This document shows, in pieces, positions 25,545-38,130 of a stretch of DNA of 64,000 bases. The translations under genes and the position numbers were made by a program. A model generated the notes under the pieces. It searched no databases and was not told the DNA's origin. It was given only the letters and a program-made list of their open reading frames with translations. The stretch is from Octopus vulgaris. Lineage: Eukaryota. Every line of letters starts with the position of its first letter. The first letter of the stretch is position 1. Where the stretch lies: positions 95,418,001 through 95,482,000 of the forward strand of contig OX597815.1 in NCBI GenBank assembly GCA_951406725.2, written 5' to 3'.

Positions 25545-25695
25545 AACGTCACTGTATATTAGCGGTTTCAATAAAGGATTCGATAGAAACTGTCCAAGGC
25601 TTAAAAAAACAAGGCTCGAACCATTAAAGTGAACATTCTTCTATGTGGTTCCCTAGCATGGCCGCATACTAATGACAGAAACAAATAAAGGTTAA
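25545..25695 (+). mobile_element. SINE family B, diverged 3' fragment
   Basis: TTAGCGGTTTC...CGATAGAA...CTAGCATGGCCGCA...ATGACAGAAACAA. Confidence 0.55.
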
Positions 25696-26744
25696 AAATA
25701 TAATATGCATGTATGTATACATATACAGACACACACACACGCACACATATATATATATATAAATATATATTTTATACTACAATGATGAGTCAAAGATCAG
25801 GTGCAGTGGAATAAGGAAGCCTGATTGGAGAACACTCCTACACTTTGATTTCGTTTCGTGTGTTACATTTACGTTTTATCTATCTATCTACCTATCTATC
25901 AACATCTATACAGGCGTACACATGCACACACATCTACACACGAACACACACGCGCATATATACGTATGTATATATGTATGTATGTATGTAGTTATGTGTG
26001 TATCTACGTGTCTGTATATATAAGTATCAGCCTAATCGTCCATAACATTTCACTATACTTTGGTAATCATGTACCAAATTGAAAAATCAATATTTATGAA
26101 ATGTTTGTTTTTTGTTTAACTGTATGTGTTGTATATTGATGAATATCATTTCACATTTTTACGCATCTTTCGGCGAATTTAATTCTACAAATTTTACCGT
26201 ATTTTCTTTTTAAAAAATGTATGCACATAATTTTGTTTCTCCTTAAGATTCTTTATAAATATCTATATATAATTTCTAACATTATATTTGAAAAATTCTC
26301 CCGTCATGCATGACAAATTCCTATAGCATTTCGTGATGTTTTCTACGAACAATTCCTATTTAAATCACGGTTTTATTTACCACATGCGGCTTAAATTATC
26401 TACATTTTTAAATAGTATTCTATAAGTAGTTTTAATCTTCATCAGTCTGAATAGAATAGTATAGATTTAGATTACTATCAAGTAATCGTGTTCAAGAAAA
26501 TGAATCATAACAAATGTTAAAGATGCGTACAATGTTTTTTTATTCAACGTTTGAAAAATGTTAAAATCATATATGTATGTAATGCAATTATTATCCATAA
26601 AAGGAAGGCATGAGTTAAAGAGTTTAGTAGTATATGTTCTCCATCTACTGAATTATGAGTTCGAAGTAACTTAGCTCCGACTTACACATTCATTCACAAA
26701 GTGTATGGAAAAGGAGTATTATATACTTCTTTTATTTATTATTT

Positions 26745-26896
26745 TCTTCTGTTACTTGTTTCAGTCATCTGACTGCGGTCATGCTGGAGCACGGCATTTA
26801 GTCGAACAATCGACCTCAAGACTAACACAGACAAACACAGGCGCACACAGACACACACACACACACACACAAATATATATATATAAAGTAGCCCGT

Positions 26897-26960
<64 letters not shown>

Positions 26961-27136
26961 CATACATATATGCGACGGGCTACTTTAAGTTTCCGTCTAC
27001 CAAATCCATTCATAGGGCTTTGGCCGGCCCGAGGTTACAGTAGAGCGCACTTGCCCAAGGTGCCATGCAATGGAACTGAACTCGAAACCGTGTAGTAGGG
27101 AAGCAAGTTTCTTAACACAGAACCACGTCTGCGCCT
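26745..27136 (-). mobile_element. SINE family B with an internal (TA)/(CA) tract
   Basis: Minus-strand head AGGCGCAGACGTGG...CACCTTGGGCAAGTG...GGTAGACGGAAACT and tail GCTCCAGCATGACCGCAGTC..GACTGAAACAAG. Homologous to 35128-35292 and 36551-36745. Confidence 0.88.
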
Positions 27137-27419
27137 AATGTGTGAAAAAAAAAAAAATCCGGGAAGACAAATATTTCATTGATCATTCCAAATGCATGAG
27201 AAGTAAGGCTATTATATAGTAAAGTTACATGAAAATGATAAGAAGTTTGATCTCTTAGGTGTTCCTTAGGGAATGTTGAAAAACATGAATATAAATATAA
27301 TTGTGTGCAATGCGTCTATCTATCATACATACATACATACATACATACATACATAAATACATACACACATATATATTCCAGACTTACAAATATAGGACAG
27401 TCAGAACTCTCCTCTTACA

Positions 27420-28640
27420 AGACTATATCCCAATATGCATTTGCACCACGAATGATAAGTCTAAAAGTTGGGGTAATTGACCAGTTAGTACAAGGAACTC
27501 ATTCTTTAGACGTAAAAACCCGGCCCGGAAGATACTGATGTCAACTAGAAATCCCCATAGGAATAGTGATATCGACAGGCTTTATCTGAGAAGAGTTAAA
27601 GGAGTAAGCAGCTTGATATCAGTATAGAGAGCTTTTAAGTGCCGTATAGTCGCTCTCAGATAGCACTTGCTAAACAACTGAAGCAAAAATTAATACATTA
27701 ACTTAGAGATGAAAAGAGAAGGGAACAGCATCATATGTGTGGGCAGCGAGATATTTAGGAAGCACTCTCATCCTGATAATTTCCTACACAACACCAGACA
27801 GCCGGACGAACATATCTCAAATAAGACGTGAATGTGAAACCTTCAGCGTACCACAAAAAGATCATGGTTTTTTTTTTCCCGAACGCTTGAGGATGACAGT
27901 AATATCGACATGAAGCGCAGCTTCCCTTGGACTCGTGACCGTTACGTCACATCTCACCTGGAATGTTATGCATTTGCAATCCAAGAAAAGGAGATTGTTA
28001 GGAAGTACCTAAACATAGAAATAAACATTGAAGACTTTGTATCTCAAAGATGTAACAGAAAATGCAGATTATATCATATTTGTGTGTAAAATATCACACC
28101 TAATTAACAGCTGCCCAGAAAGCCATCAAGGTACTATCTCTGTATGGGACGGGACGTTGTCACAAAAACAATATACAATGCCTTTTGGATAAAAGGCTCT
28201 CCTGCAATAAATGTTGTTGTATGCATGTACATATATCCACACAAAGAATACTAGCGAAAGGTTCCAATGAAAACATCTGGTCAGACGTAAACATAACAGC
28301 CATGATGTAATTGTTTGGGACGGGCAAGAAAAATTATTTATCATCATAGAGGTCAGCTGTCCAGCTGTTGTGAATATTTCTTTGAAAATCAAAGAGGAGG
28401 AGGATTACAATTGATAGCTGCTTCAAAACCTCCAGACTCTGAAGCCAGATCATAAAATCACATTTATAACAATAATAATTAACACACTTGGATTTGTGAG
28501 TATATGCTTTTGTGACAATCTGGATAAGCTAGAGTTTCCAGAAAAAGGATTACAAATACAATCTGTAAATGGAACAGTAGATGTATTCAAGACTTTTCTC
28601 CAGTTCAAAATGTGATGTATATTTTGTTATCTATTTTCCA
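27420..28640 (+). mobile_element. 3' fragment of an RLE-type non-LTR retrotransposon (R4/Dong-like)
   Basis: Translates YVTSHLECYAFAIQEKEI, RKCRL..., RYYLCMGRDVVTKTIYNA (decayed CCHC/RHD) and HNSHDVIVWD..IIIEVSCPAVVNISLKIKEEEDY (PD-(D/E)xK restriction-like endonuclease region). Confidence 0.8.
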
Positions 28641-28717
28641 AGGGTGGAGCTTTGTATTTTTATTAGAAATCAGCTCCTTGCTCAGAGGAAGATTTTAAAT
28701 AATTAAAAACAGAAGGG

Positions 28718-28718
<1 letters not shown>

Positions 28719-28780
<62 letters not shown>
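28719..28780. repeat. (AC)n microsatellite
   Basis: Read directly. Confidence 0.97.
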
Positions 28781-28783
<3 letters not shown>

Positions 28784-29799
28784 TGAGATCGCTGATTGTG
28801 GAATCTAATTTTATTTGATGTAGTATTAGAATTAAAACATAACTGTAATATAATAATTAACATACTAGTAGTAAATAACGACTTAAAAGGCTAGCCATAA
28901 AGATATAAGATCAGTCATATTACACCTCTTCGGTACCATATCGAATCTTAGACTATATCAATCAGGTTATTTTCTGAAATTAGGAAAGTAAGGCGCTATT
29001 ATTCCTACAGAAACGTTACTTTATTTATAAGTTTAATCTCAAAATCGAAATACGTATATGTGACTGGAATTATATGAAGTTTACTAACTACGAATCACAA
29101 AGAAATGACTATAAACGCGATACCACTGTAGAATTTTAATGATTATGGTTACGATGTAAGTGAATAAGACATAGGTTTCAGAAAAGAAGTAAAAGCATAA
29201 CCGTGTAAGATATAATACCAGAGATAATTTAGCAAGATATATGTTATGTTCACTTAATCAATGACAGCACTTTGCCTCTCCCCGAAAAAATTTACCATTA
29301 ATAGATAGATAACATATTCTGTTACTACGTTTCGTTCAACCTTCAGACCATAATATGCACAGAAATGCAATCTTAAATTTATTCTAGCCTGTTTTCTGTA
29401 CAAGCGTTCCTTAAAAGCATACGATGATTTCAAATACTTTACTTCTCGGTCAAATTTCTCGGTAGATAATAACTTCTACTGTGTTACTTTGTCTTCTGAA
29501 AATCAGAATCAATAATCACCTCGCCGAGTCACTTAGCATGAACAAGATTTTATGGAGAGTGACTTTGAATACATTCTGTAATTTGAGAAATTTTCAATAT
29601 TATATATGCATACATAATTGCATAAGCACATACATCAAATCAGTTTCATAAAGATGTATAATTTCTTGTTCATTTGTCATGGTCATTTACCTTATTTCAG
29701 ATTGCGCTCTGCAATCAACTACTGCTTTATTCTGAAAACATTCTTTTTATTGAATTCTAAAACTAGATATTAATATCACTATACCTAAGGCAATGAATA

Positions 29800-29886
<87 letters not shown>

Positions 29887-29887
29887 T

Positions 29888-29930
<43 letters not shown>

Positions 29931-29947
29931 ATACATATATATATATA
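29800..29947. repeat. (TCTA)n microsatellite
   Basis: Read directly. Confidence 0.95.
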
Positions 29948-30111
29948 ATTTTATAATTATATACATGTTATAACAAGGGGTTGGCTTTATGCCTCACCAT
30001 GCATCGTAAGAAATAAACGCTAAAGTCTTTTTTACTACCTTAAAATCTCCCAGAATAACACACTTTATTGTAGGCAATCAAAAGAAAAATAATGAATCAA
30101 GAAGGTTGACT

Positions 30112-30179
30112 AACTATGGACGCGTTTCGAAGATAAAGTAAAAGATAGATTTTACTTACTGCTACTCTTCAGCATAGTT
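30112..30179 (-). ncRNA. Type I hammerhead ribozyme motif, core complete
   Basis: Minus strand reads AACUAUG-CUGAAGA-G...AAGUAAAA(ucuauc)UUUUACUU...C-GAAAC-GC-GUC-CAUAGUU. Perfect 7-bp stem I, G-C at the base of stem II, minimal palindromic stem III (ACGCGU), triplet GUC, predicted cut between 30119 and 30118. Confidence 0.85.
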
Positions 30180-30300
30180 CACAAGTATTTCAAAATATGC
30201 ACGTGATCAGCGTCCTCGTAAAATTTACCTATAAGGTTTTTATTTCCTCACTGGCTACCTGGTAAAATCATTGATATTACCCAAACTCACTCGAAACTAC

Positions 30301-31318
30301 AAAATATCACCGCAGTAAATATTGTGACGAACTAAATTTAAATCTATATAAATAAGGATAAAATCGTTAATATAAAAATAAAATAACGACTATATCAAGT
30401 GGTCAGCATGCACGTATGCATCATGGTCAGTTCAAAATGACGATATCTTGACCATATCTCACACGGAATTAAACACCGGGCATTTTGAACTGGCCATGAT
30501 GCATACGTGCACATATATGTGGGTATACGTTCGTATATGTAAATATTCGTATGTTGTGTTTATATATATATATACATATATGTATATATATATATGTTTA
30601 TATATATATATACATATATGTATATATATATATATATATGTTTCTCTTCTGTGTGTATTCTATTGACGAGGCAAAGCATTCCTATATGCAAAATCAGAAA
30701 CCATGGATCTAGAATTATCCAGTAATTTTTTATTAGTTTCATCTTGTCCCTTTTTTTTCTCTCCGTGTTGATATATGGACAATTCAGGTGGTTTTAGAGT
30801 CAGATCATGGCTGCTATTTTTAGCATGGTGGTATCTCGTAGATACCCTAATTTATAATTTTAATAACTATTACATTTGAAGGTTATTTTTTCCATGCTGA
30901 CCACTTGATAAAATCGTTATTTTATTTTTAGATTAACGATTTTATCCTTATTTATATAAATTTAAATTTATTTCGTCACTATATTTATTGAGGCGATATT
31001 TTAACCATATCTCACACGGAATTAAACGGCGGGCATTTTGAACTGGCCATGATTCATACGTGCATATATATGTAGGTATACGTTCGTATATGTAATTATT
31101 CGTATGTTGAGTTTATATATATATAAATATATATATATTTATGTTTCTCTTCTGACGAGGCAAAGCATTCCTAATTGCAAAGCCAGCAGTCCGGGATCTC
31201 GAATTATCCAGTAATGTTTACTAGTTTCATCTTGTGTCTTTGTTTTCTCTTGTGGTTTAAGAGTTAGATCATGGCTGCCATTTTCAGCATGGTGGTATCT
31301 CGTAGATACCCTAATTTA

Positions 31319-31323
<5 letters not shown>
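30301..31323 (+). mobile_element. Tandem plus inverted PLE-type pseudo-LTR cluster with two decayed plus-strand hammerheads
   Basis: Direct repeat 30441-30859 vs 30994-31323; inverted repeat 30301-30410 vs 30893-31002; local hairpin 30410-30440 vs 30481-30511. Hammerhead relics at 30657-30715 and ~31150-31205. Confidence 0.8.
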
Positions 31324-31355
<32 letters not shown>

Positions 31356-31370
31356 ATGTGTGTGTATACG

Positions 31371-31436
<66 letters not shown>

Positions 31437-31442
31437 TACGTG

Positions 31443-31511
<69 letters not shown>

Positions 31512-31555
31512 TTTTATTTATATATATGTCTTTATACGTATATATATATATGTAT
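31324..31555. repeat. (TA)n-rich compound microsatellite
   Basis: Read directly. Similar tracts lie at 32092-32252, 32793-32868, 37926-38126, 55490-55700 and 59406-59487. Confidence 0.95.
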
Positions 31556-32128
31556 ATTTTTTTCTCTTGTTTCAGCTCAGAGCTGCGGCCATGCTGATGC
31601 ACCGCCGTTTTGTGCTACACTGTTATTACGAAGAACCTCGTCTAACATGTGGCACTTGGTGAAGAATGGAGTTTCATATAGCTACTCTCATTTGCACCTC
31701 TTGCCGTGAGGTAGGTTCATCTGGGACTCTTGACAGGAAAAAAATGTTATCCTATATCAATTATAAATAGATTTTTTCCCGAAAAAAAATTATCCTATAT
31801 CAATTATAAATAGTGTTCACTTCCGGATTCTATCACTCTGTAAAAGTTTCTAGTTCGAATCACTTCTTCCATGGATATGAGTAAGTATTTCATTTATATC
31901 TCGCGTATGTGCCGCTGAAGAGGGGAAAATTTCTTGTGAATTAACACCGAAATTGGACCAATACGGTAATAACGAATTTTTTAGAGATTTCTATCGGTTT
32001 GTTTCGAGACGCATAAATTTAATGGTTATCGACAATTTTTTGTTTCGGCGTATCTGGCATTAGAATTTTTCTTCTGCCCTTATCTTGTAAATATATATGT
32101 ATATATATATACATACATATATACATAT

Positions 32129-32172
<44 letters not shown>

Positions 32173-32197
32173 ATATATACATACATATATATATATG

Positions 32198-32256
<59 letters not shown>

Positions 32257-32790
32257 TTTCCTTCTTTCCATTAGCCCTTTCACACTTACTTCGTTCATTC
32301 CACTTTCGTTCTCTCTGTCTGACATTTCCAGGTCTCCTCTTCATGCTCAATTTCCCTTCTCTTTTCACTTCACTGTTCCCCTTTCATTTTTTTCTCCACC
32401 TCCTTAATTCTTCTGTCCCTCTGCCTTTATCTCTCTCTCTCTCTTCTTTCCCCATGTGACAGGTGTTCGGCCAAGCCTGACGTTTCTTTCTCTGTTCGAC
32501 TACCATACATGCAACATCTATATATCTCTCTGTGAAATCTGATGCCGTAGGAATTTACTTCCACACACACCAGCTTAATTTAATTCGTCCTTAGTCGAAA
32601 GACACCTGTTTTTATGTCATGTTATTTGTATTGTATTTGTGTAATATTCTCAGTTTTTCCGTCCTTGTTTTCGTATATATTTGCTGCTTTCTTCCAAGGA
32701 ATCTAATGCTCTTAGCTTTTTTTTTATCCTTGGGACTGGCCAGACTTGAGCAATCTCAATTATAATTAGCCGAAATTGCAAGGATGATCT

Positions 32791-32869
<79 letters not shown>

Positions 32870-33699
32870 GTGCGATAAGTATAAGTGATAAAAAACGGCT
32901 AGCCTGAAAACTTCTTGTTTACTATGATAAGAGACTTATATATAATTTTTAAGAATTTTTTTTACGAAATATGCTGTAATGAACAACATATATGTTGGGC
33001 GAAATTTTCTTTAGCCAAATAGAACTAGTGTTATAACTCGGCTATTTACTGAATACGTTGCTGATTGTTAAGATATTAGCTGACATATCTCTTGATCCTT
33101 GCTGGTATGTGTGTGTGTGTGTGTGTCTGTATATATATATGTTCATACATATACACGTACTTACTTACATATACATATAAACAAACTTTAGAAATAATGA
33201 TTTCCTTTTCGTTATATATCAAGATATATGCTGCTGGCAACTGGCTTCCAATTAAAAGTCATTGAATATGAAATGCATCTTTACTTTTTCTGCGAAAGGA
33301 GGATTGCTAAGACTTCCTTGATTTGATTAATCGTACTTGATTAAAATTTTACAGGTTCAATACATTTTGCATCGGTGCACATTATATCAATAGAAATATG
33401 CGGACGTGTATATTTACTTAATTTGTCGGTTTCATTTGTCCCTTGGAAAAGAGAACATCCGGCTGAACGATACGTATCATGAGTACATAGTATAGATGTT
33501 AAAATAAAAACTAGTCAATTCTTGCTGTTGTAGTAATAATAATTGCTGTCCTTGTTGGGGCTATCACATCTCACCTATCTTATATATGTTTTCGCACAGT
33601 ATGCTGATAGTATTTGGTCTGATCGATATTTGATTAGCATTACTAAAAATATCATCAACTACATTTACATTCCATCCTTGGATCGTATTTTGATATATT

Positions 33700-33860
33700 C
33701 GAGGAGGGTGCGTTAAAGGTCCTGGCTTTGGATAGTAAAAATACAGGCGGATCAGTTAATTATGATTTTATCACACATATCTTGCAGCAGTCCTGCAGTT
33801 TTTCTAAGCCGCGAAAAAGAAATTGGAATGTTGGGCCTTCAACCATACCTATCGCGAAAC
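33700..33860 (+). mobile_element. Mariner/MITE-like terminal fragment
   Basis: Starts CGAGGAGGGTGCGTTAAAGGTCCTGG, resembling mariner-type termini. A partly complementary end, GAACACCCTCC, lies at ~34223-34233 but the pairing is uncertain. Confidence 0.4.
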
Positions 33861-35127
33861 TCTTCAGTACTGAATACTCTTAGATACAAAGATAATCTTA
33901 GAAACTGGAAGTTTTCGGCACCTTTTCGTATTATTGTAATAGAGAAAATGTTTTACGGATATATACCTGCATAGCAAGTGACCTGATCTGAGATCGTCTG
34001 CTGGGACCAAAACAATTGCAGCGTGGAAGGTGTTTATTAGCTATTTAAGAAACACACAAAACCGTTAGAGTCACTTCAACTTTTAAATTGAAATTGCCAA
34101 AACATTTTCGTCACTTTGTGACCGCGAACTTTTCACTGACAAATTCTGTGACGCAGCACGGAATTTTTTTCGCGGGCTCAAGGCGGCGAAAATATTTTGG
34201 TAAATTAAATTTAAATTTCTTGGAACACCCTCCATTATGATATAGATATAAAATTTTATGACGACATACATACATATGTTTACATACTTGTGCACTTATA
34301 TATACATGACTGTGCATGTATGCATGTATGTTCGTATACATAAATGTCTGCATATATAAGTGTTTCATTTTTGTTCGCTTGAATATCTTTCTATCTATCT
34401 ATCAATCTATCCGTCTGCCTGTCTGTCTGTGTATATATCTTGTCCTTTTCCCTGTCTCTTTATCTGCTTATATTTATACATTTATATAGAAATCTATGTA
34501 TTTTACAAACACACGCATACGCACACACACGCACGCACAGACACTCACACATAAACACACATAGAAATTGAAAGCAATCTTTTACTCGACCATCAACGAA
34601 AGTGATTAGAAAGAGAAGCCATACTTCTTGGTAGAAAATATAAATCCGTAAAGCTTTCTATATGATATACAAGCGTAATATTCCCATAAACATTACAAAA
34701 TAAGGTGATTTTTAGAAGTAAATGCCCCCCCTACTCCATAGCCCAAAAGGTTACGCAAAATGCTGAATGAACATTCAAAAGGGTTTTCACTTCACCGTTG
34801 GGACACACTCAAATGAATCAGTACCGCGAGTTCTTTGATACTATTTCTCCCCACAAAGGAAGCGGCAATTATCGACTATATCGACATGAACAGGAATATG
34901 TAATATCAGCCATACGTTTTTATAAGATTAAAGTCAGCAACAGCTGTGCTAATAGCTTCCAAAATATTATTTCAAAACCATGCAAACATCTTATTTGCAA
35001 ACTACATAAGTATATTACCAAACCTTTCTGGGAGCTCGTAAAGTATTAAACATCCTTGAAATTTATATGCGCACATATTTATGTGCGTATGTATTTTCAC
35101 TTAGACATATATGTATAAATATACCAT

Positions 35128-35292
35128 AGGTGCAGGAGTGGCTGTGTGGTAAGCAGCTTGCTTAGCAACCACATGGTTCCAGGTTCAACCCAGCGCGTGG
35201 AACTTTCGGCAAGTGTCTCCTACTATAGTCTCGGAGTGACCAAAGCTTTTTGAGTGTATTTAGTAGACGTAAACTGAAAGAAGCACGTTGTA
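35128..35292 (+). mobile_element. SINE family B, 5' half
   Basis: AGGTGCAGGAGTGGCTGTGTGGTAAG (A box) ... GGTTCAACCC (B box) ... GGCAAGTGTCT ... TAGACGTAAACTGAAAGAAGC. Confidence 0.88.
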
Positions 35293-35317
35293 CACACACA
35301 TACACACACACACACGT

Positions 35318-36200
35318 TTTCCGGAAGTGTCTCTGCACTGGCCTCACGAAAATGTTTCCGGAATTCCTCGTAAGAAGTCGTTGAGGGCGGTCATGTCTCA
35401 GGCTCGTATGTGCTGGCACATCCGTAACGCTACTTCTAAGTAATGTATTCCCTCTTCCTTTTTTTCCACTTCTTTCTCCCTCTTTTTCCCTTCTTCTTTT
35501 TTTCCCTGTTTTCTTTTTTTCCTTTCTCCTTCCCTTTATATAAAAAGAATACAAAGATAACATATGATCATGTCATGCAACAAGAGGTAGCTAGAGAATA
35601 AATTGAATGCCAATCTACAGTCTGTTGTTGATTTGAGGCCCTAGTCTGTCTATGAGAATAGCTTCCTAGCAAACTGTCCCATCCGTGACACAGAATTATG
35701 CCAACGGATAAATGTTGTGTATAGAATACAATGCAACAAACACAACAAGTTCTATTTGGGTAGCACAAAAAGACCATTGCAAATTCGTGCCAAAGAACAT
35801 CCGAACACTAGATCATCCTCCTTCAGAAAACATCTAGACAGAGGCCGGAACACCGACAAAAGCATAATAGTTACAACTGAGGCCAAAGAAAGAAATTTGG
35901 GTAACTTAAGAATTAAGGAAGCTTTTCTCATAAACAGGCTAGGGCCTCAAACCAACACCTGACTGGAGCTTGACACTCAGTTTATTCTCTAGATATCTCA
36001 GGTTGCATGATATGATGATATATTATGTACGTATTATTTTTAAAAAGAGGGAAGGAGAAAAGGAAAACACAAAAAGAGATAAAGGAAAAAGAAAAGGAAA
36101 GAGAGGGAGAAAGAAGGGAAAAAGTAAGAGGGAACTACACGTATAATGCATTAATTAGAAGCAGCGTTACGTATGTGCCAGTGCAGAGACACTTTCGAAA
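35318..36200 (+). mobile_element. Truncated PLE: GIY-YIG fragment bracketed by inverted terminal repeats
   Basis: Arms 35318-35612 and 35970-36200 are reverse complements (e.g. AAGTGTCTCTGCACTGGC / GCCAGTGCAGAGACACTT; CTAGAGAATAAA / TTTATTCTCTAG). Confidence 0.85.
35705..35962 (+). pseudogene. GIY-YIG endonuclease domain of a Penelope-like element
   Basis: NVVYRIQCNKHNKFYLGSTKRPLQIRAKEH...LRIKEAFLINRLGPQTN: VY-YxG motifs, catalytic R, EH, E and terminal N pattern. Confidence 0.9.
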
Positions 36201-36269
36201 AAAAAAGAGAAAAGATAAAAAAAAACAGTTGGAAAACCGATTGTAGCTGTGACTCGATCAATCCCTAGG

Positions 36270-36311
36270 GATAGCTGAAGAAGGAATTTATATATTCCGA
36301 AATCTTATATC
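36270..36311 (+). ncRNA. Decayed hammerhead motif
   Basis: GAUAG-CUGAAGA-A-GGAAU(uuauau)AUUCC-GAAA-UCUUA-UAUC. Core and stem II are intact; stem III and the cleavage site are damaged. Confidence 0.55.
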
Positions 36312-36440
36312 AGAGTATGGATGATAAAACTATACCAGTTATTATAGTGCGTTTTCGTGTCATTCAAAACGCAATATTTCTATTCACTATCATTATTGTT
36401 TACAAACAATACTCTATGCTTCAAGCAAACTACAATACTC

Positions 36441-36522
<82 letters not shown>

Positions 36523-36550
36523 CTGTGTGTGTGTGCGTGTGTGAGTGTGT

Positions 36551-36745
36551 GTGAGTGTTTGTGTGTCTGTGTTTGTCTCCCAACTTCACTTGACGACCGA
36601 TACGGGTGTATTTATGTCCCCGTAATTTAGCGGTGCGGCAATAAGTGACCGATAGTATAAGTCCTGGGTTCGAATTGCTCGACTAAAGGCGGTGCTCCAG
36701 CATGACCGCAGTGAAATGACTGAAACAAAACATTAAAAGAATAAG
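36551..36745 (+). mobile_element. SINE family B, 3' half
   Basis: TGTGTCTGTGTTTGTC...TTAGCGGTGCGGCAA...CGACTAAAGGCGGTGCTCCAGCATGACCGCAG...GACTGAAAC. Confidence 0.88.
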
Positions 36746-37319
36746 AATATATATATATCTATATCTATATATATGTATAACGGCGGTGCATCCGCATGGC
36801 CGCAGCTCTGAGCTGAAACAAGAAAAAAAAAAAAAACTGAGGATGTGTGTGTGGCTTATTTTGTTTCTGTCTGAGTGTTTGCCTCTGTGTGTGTATGCAT
36901 GTATGTATCAAGCCCTAAAACTCGAGGGCTACCCAACCAATTTCATTCAAATTATACACATGCATTACTTAGGGTCCATGGCGTGTCATGGGTCAAAAAC
37001 GTTTTCAACTTCTTGCCTAACGTGGTAATCTTTTAGACTGGTTCTGTATTACGTGTCAAAAGTGAAATAACTTCTGTCTTGTATCGTGATATAATATTGT
37101 TTCACTTTTATTCCTTCACTTTTAATTATAATGTGATAAAACTAAAATCATCTTGATTTACACATTTACCGTGCAATTACTAGTTAATAAACGCTACAAG
37201 CTGTTTACACTTATATTTTAACCCTTAAATTAACATTTAATATGTGTGCTTAATCTCTCTCTCTATAAAATTGTTTCTTTGTTTGTCTGTCTGTCTGTAA
37301 TTACAGCAGCTGCAAGGTA

Positions 37320-37922
37320 CGTGATCACCATTACCTTACCAAACCTAAGTTTTCAAGATTGGTATTTAGGCACTGCGTTATTTATCACAGGAACCCGATA
37401 ATTACAGTTATAAACCTGAACTTCTAATCTAGATACAGTAATTGCAGATTTCTCAATACTTCAACATAGGTGTTCTCTTTTCCATTGATCTTCAGCGTTT
37501 TGTTAACATCTGCTTTACACAGTTTCTCTTCTCTATCCCAAATCATTATAACAAGTTTGTTCTGCAAATCTTCACTGGAATATTCCACCAGTATTTTATT
37601 ATGAGTATCGATGGCTTCTAAAATACTGTGGGTTCTTATTTCTTGGTCCTTGAGTTATTTTTTCGACGAATTGTATTATATAGTGTCTTTGCAACAACAT
37701 CATGTCTCATCGGCATATAACACTGTGATGACATTTTCGGACAACTGCTTATGATGTGGGTGATATCTACGCTGTTAATTCCACAAAGTTGCAGCAGCTG
37801 GCACATGTTAATGCTTTTTCTGCATCATTTTACCCTTTTGTGCATCAGGCATTTCATTGATATTTTCTGTTACTGGATTGCAAACGCCTACTCTTCGAAG
37901 CTGAAGTTAATAAACGGATTAT
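37320..37922 (-). mobile_element. Second RLE-type (R4/Dong-like) retrotransposon 3' fragment
   Basis: Minus strand translates QLCGINSVDITHIISSCPKMSSQCYMPMRHDVVAKTLYNTIRRK, then YWWNIPVK, WDREEKLC and KENTYVEVLRNLQLLY. Same family as 27420-28640. Confidence 0.85.
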
Positions 37923-38000
37923 TTTATGTATGTATGTATGTATGTATGTATGTATGTATATATGTATGTATGTATGTATGTATCTCTCTCTCTCTCTCTC

Positions 38001-38059
<59 letters not shown>

Positions 38060-38068
38060 GTATACATG

Positions 38069-38130
<62 letters not shown>

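Noticed and set aside
35343-35375. Minus-strand CUUACGA-GGAAUUCC-GGAAAC as a hammerhead
   Set aside because: The core is mutated and no stem I or cleavage triplet can be identified.
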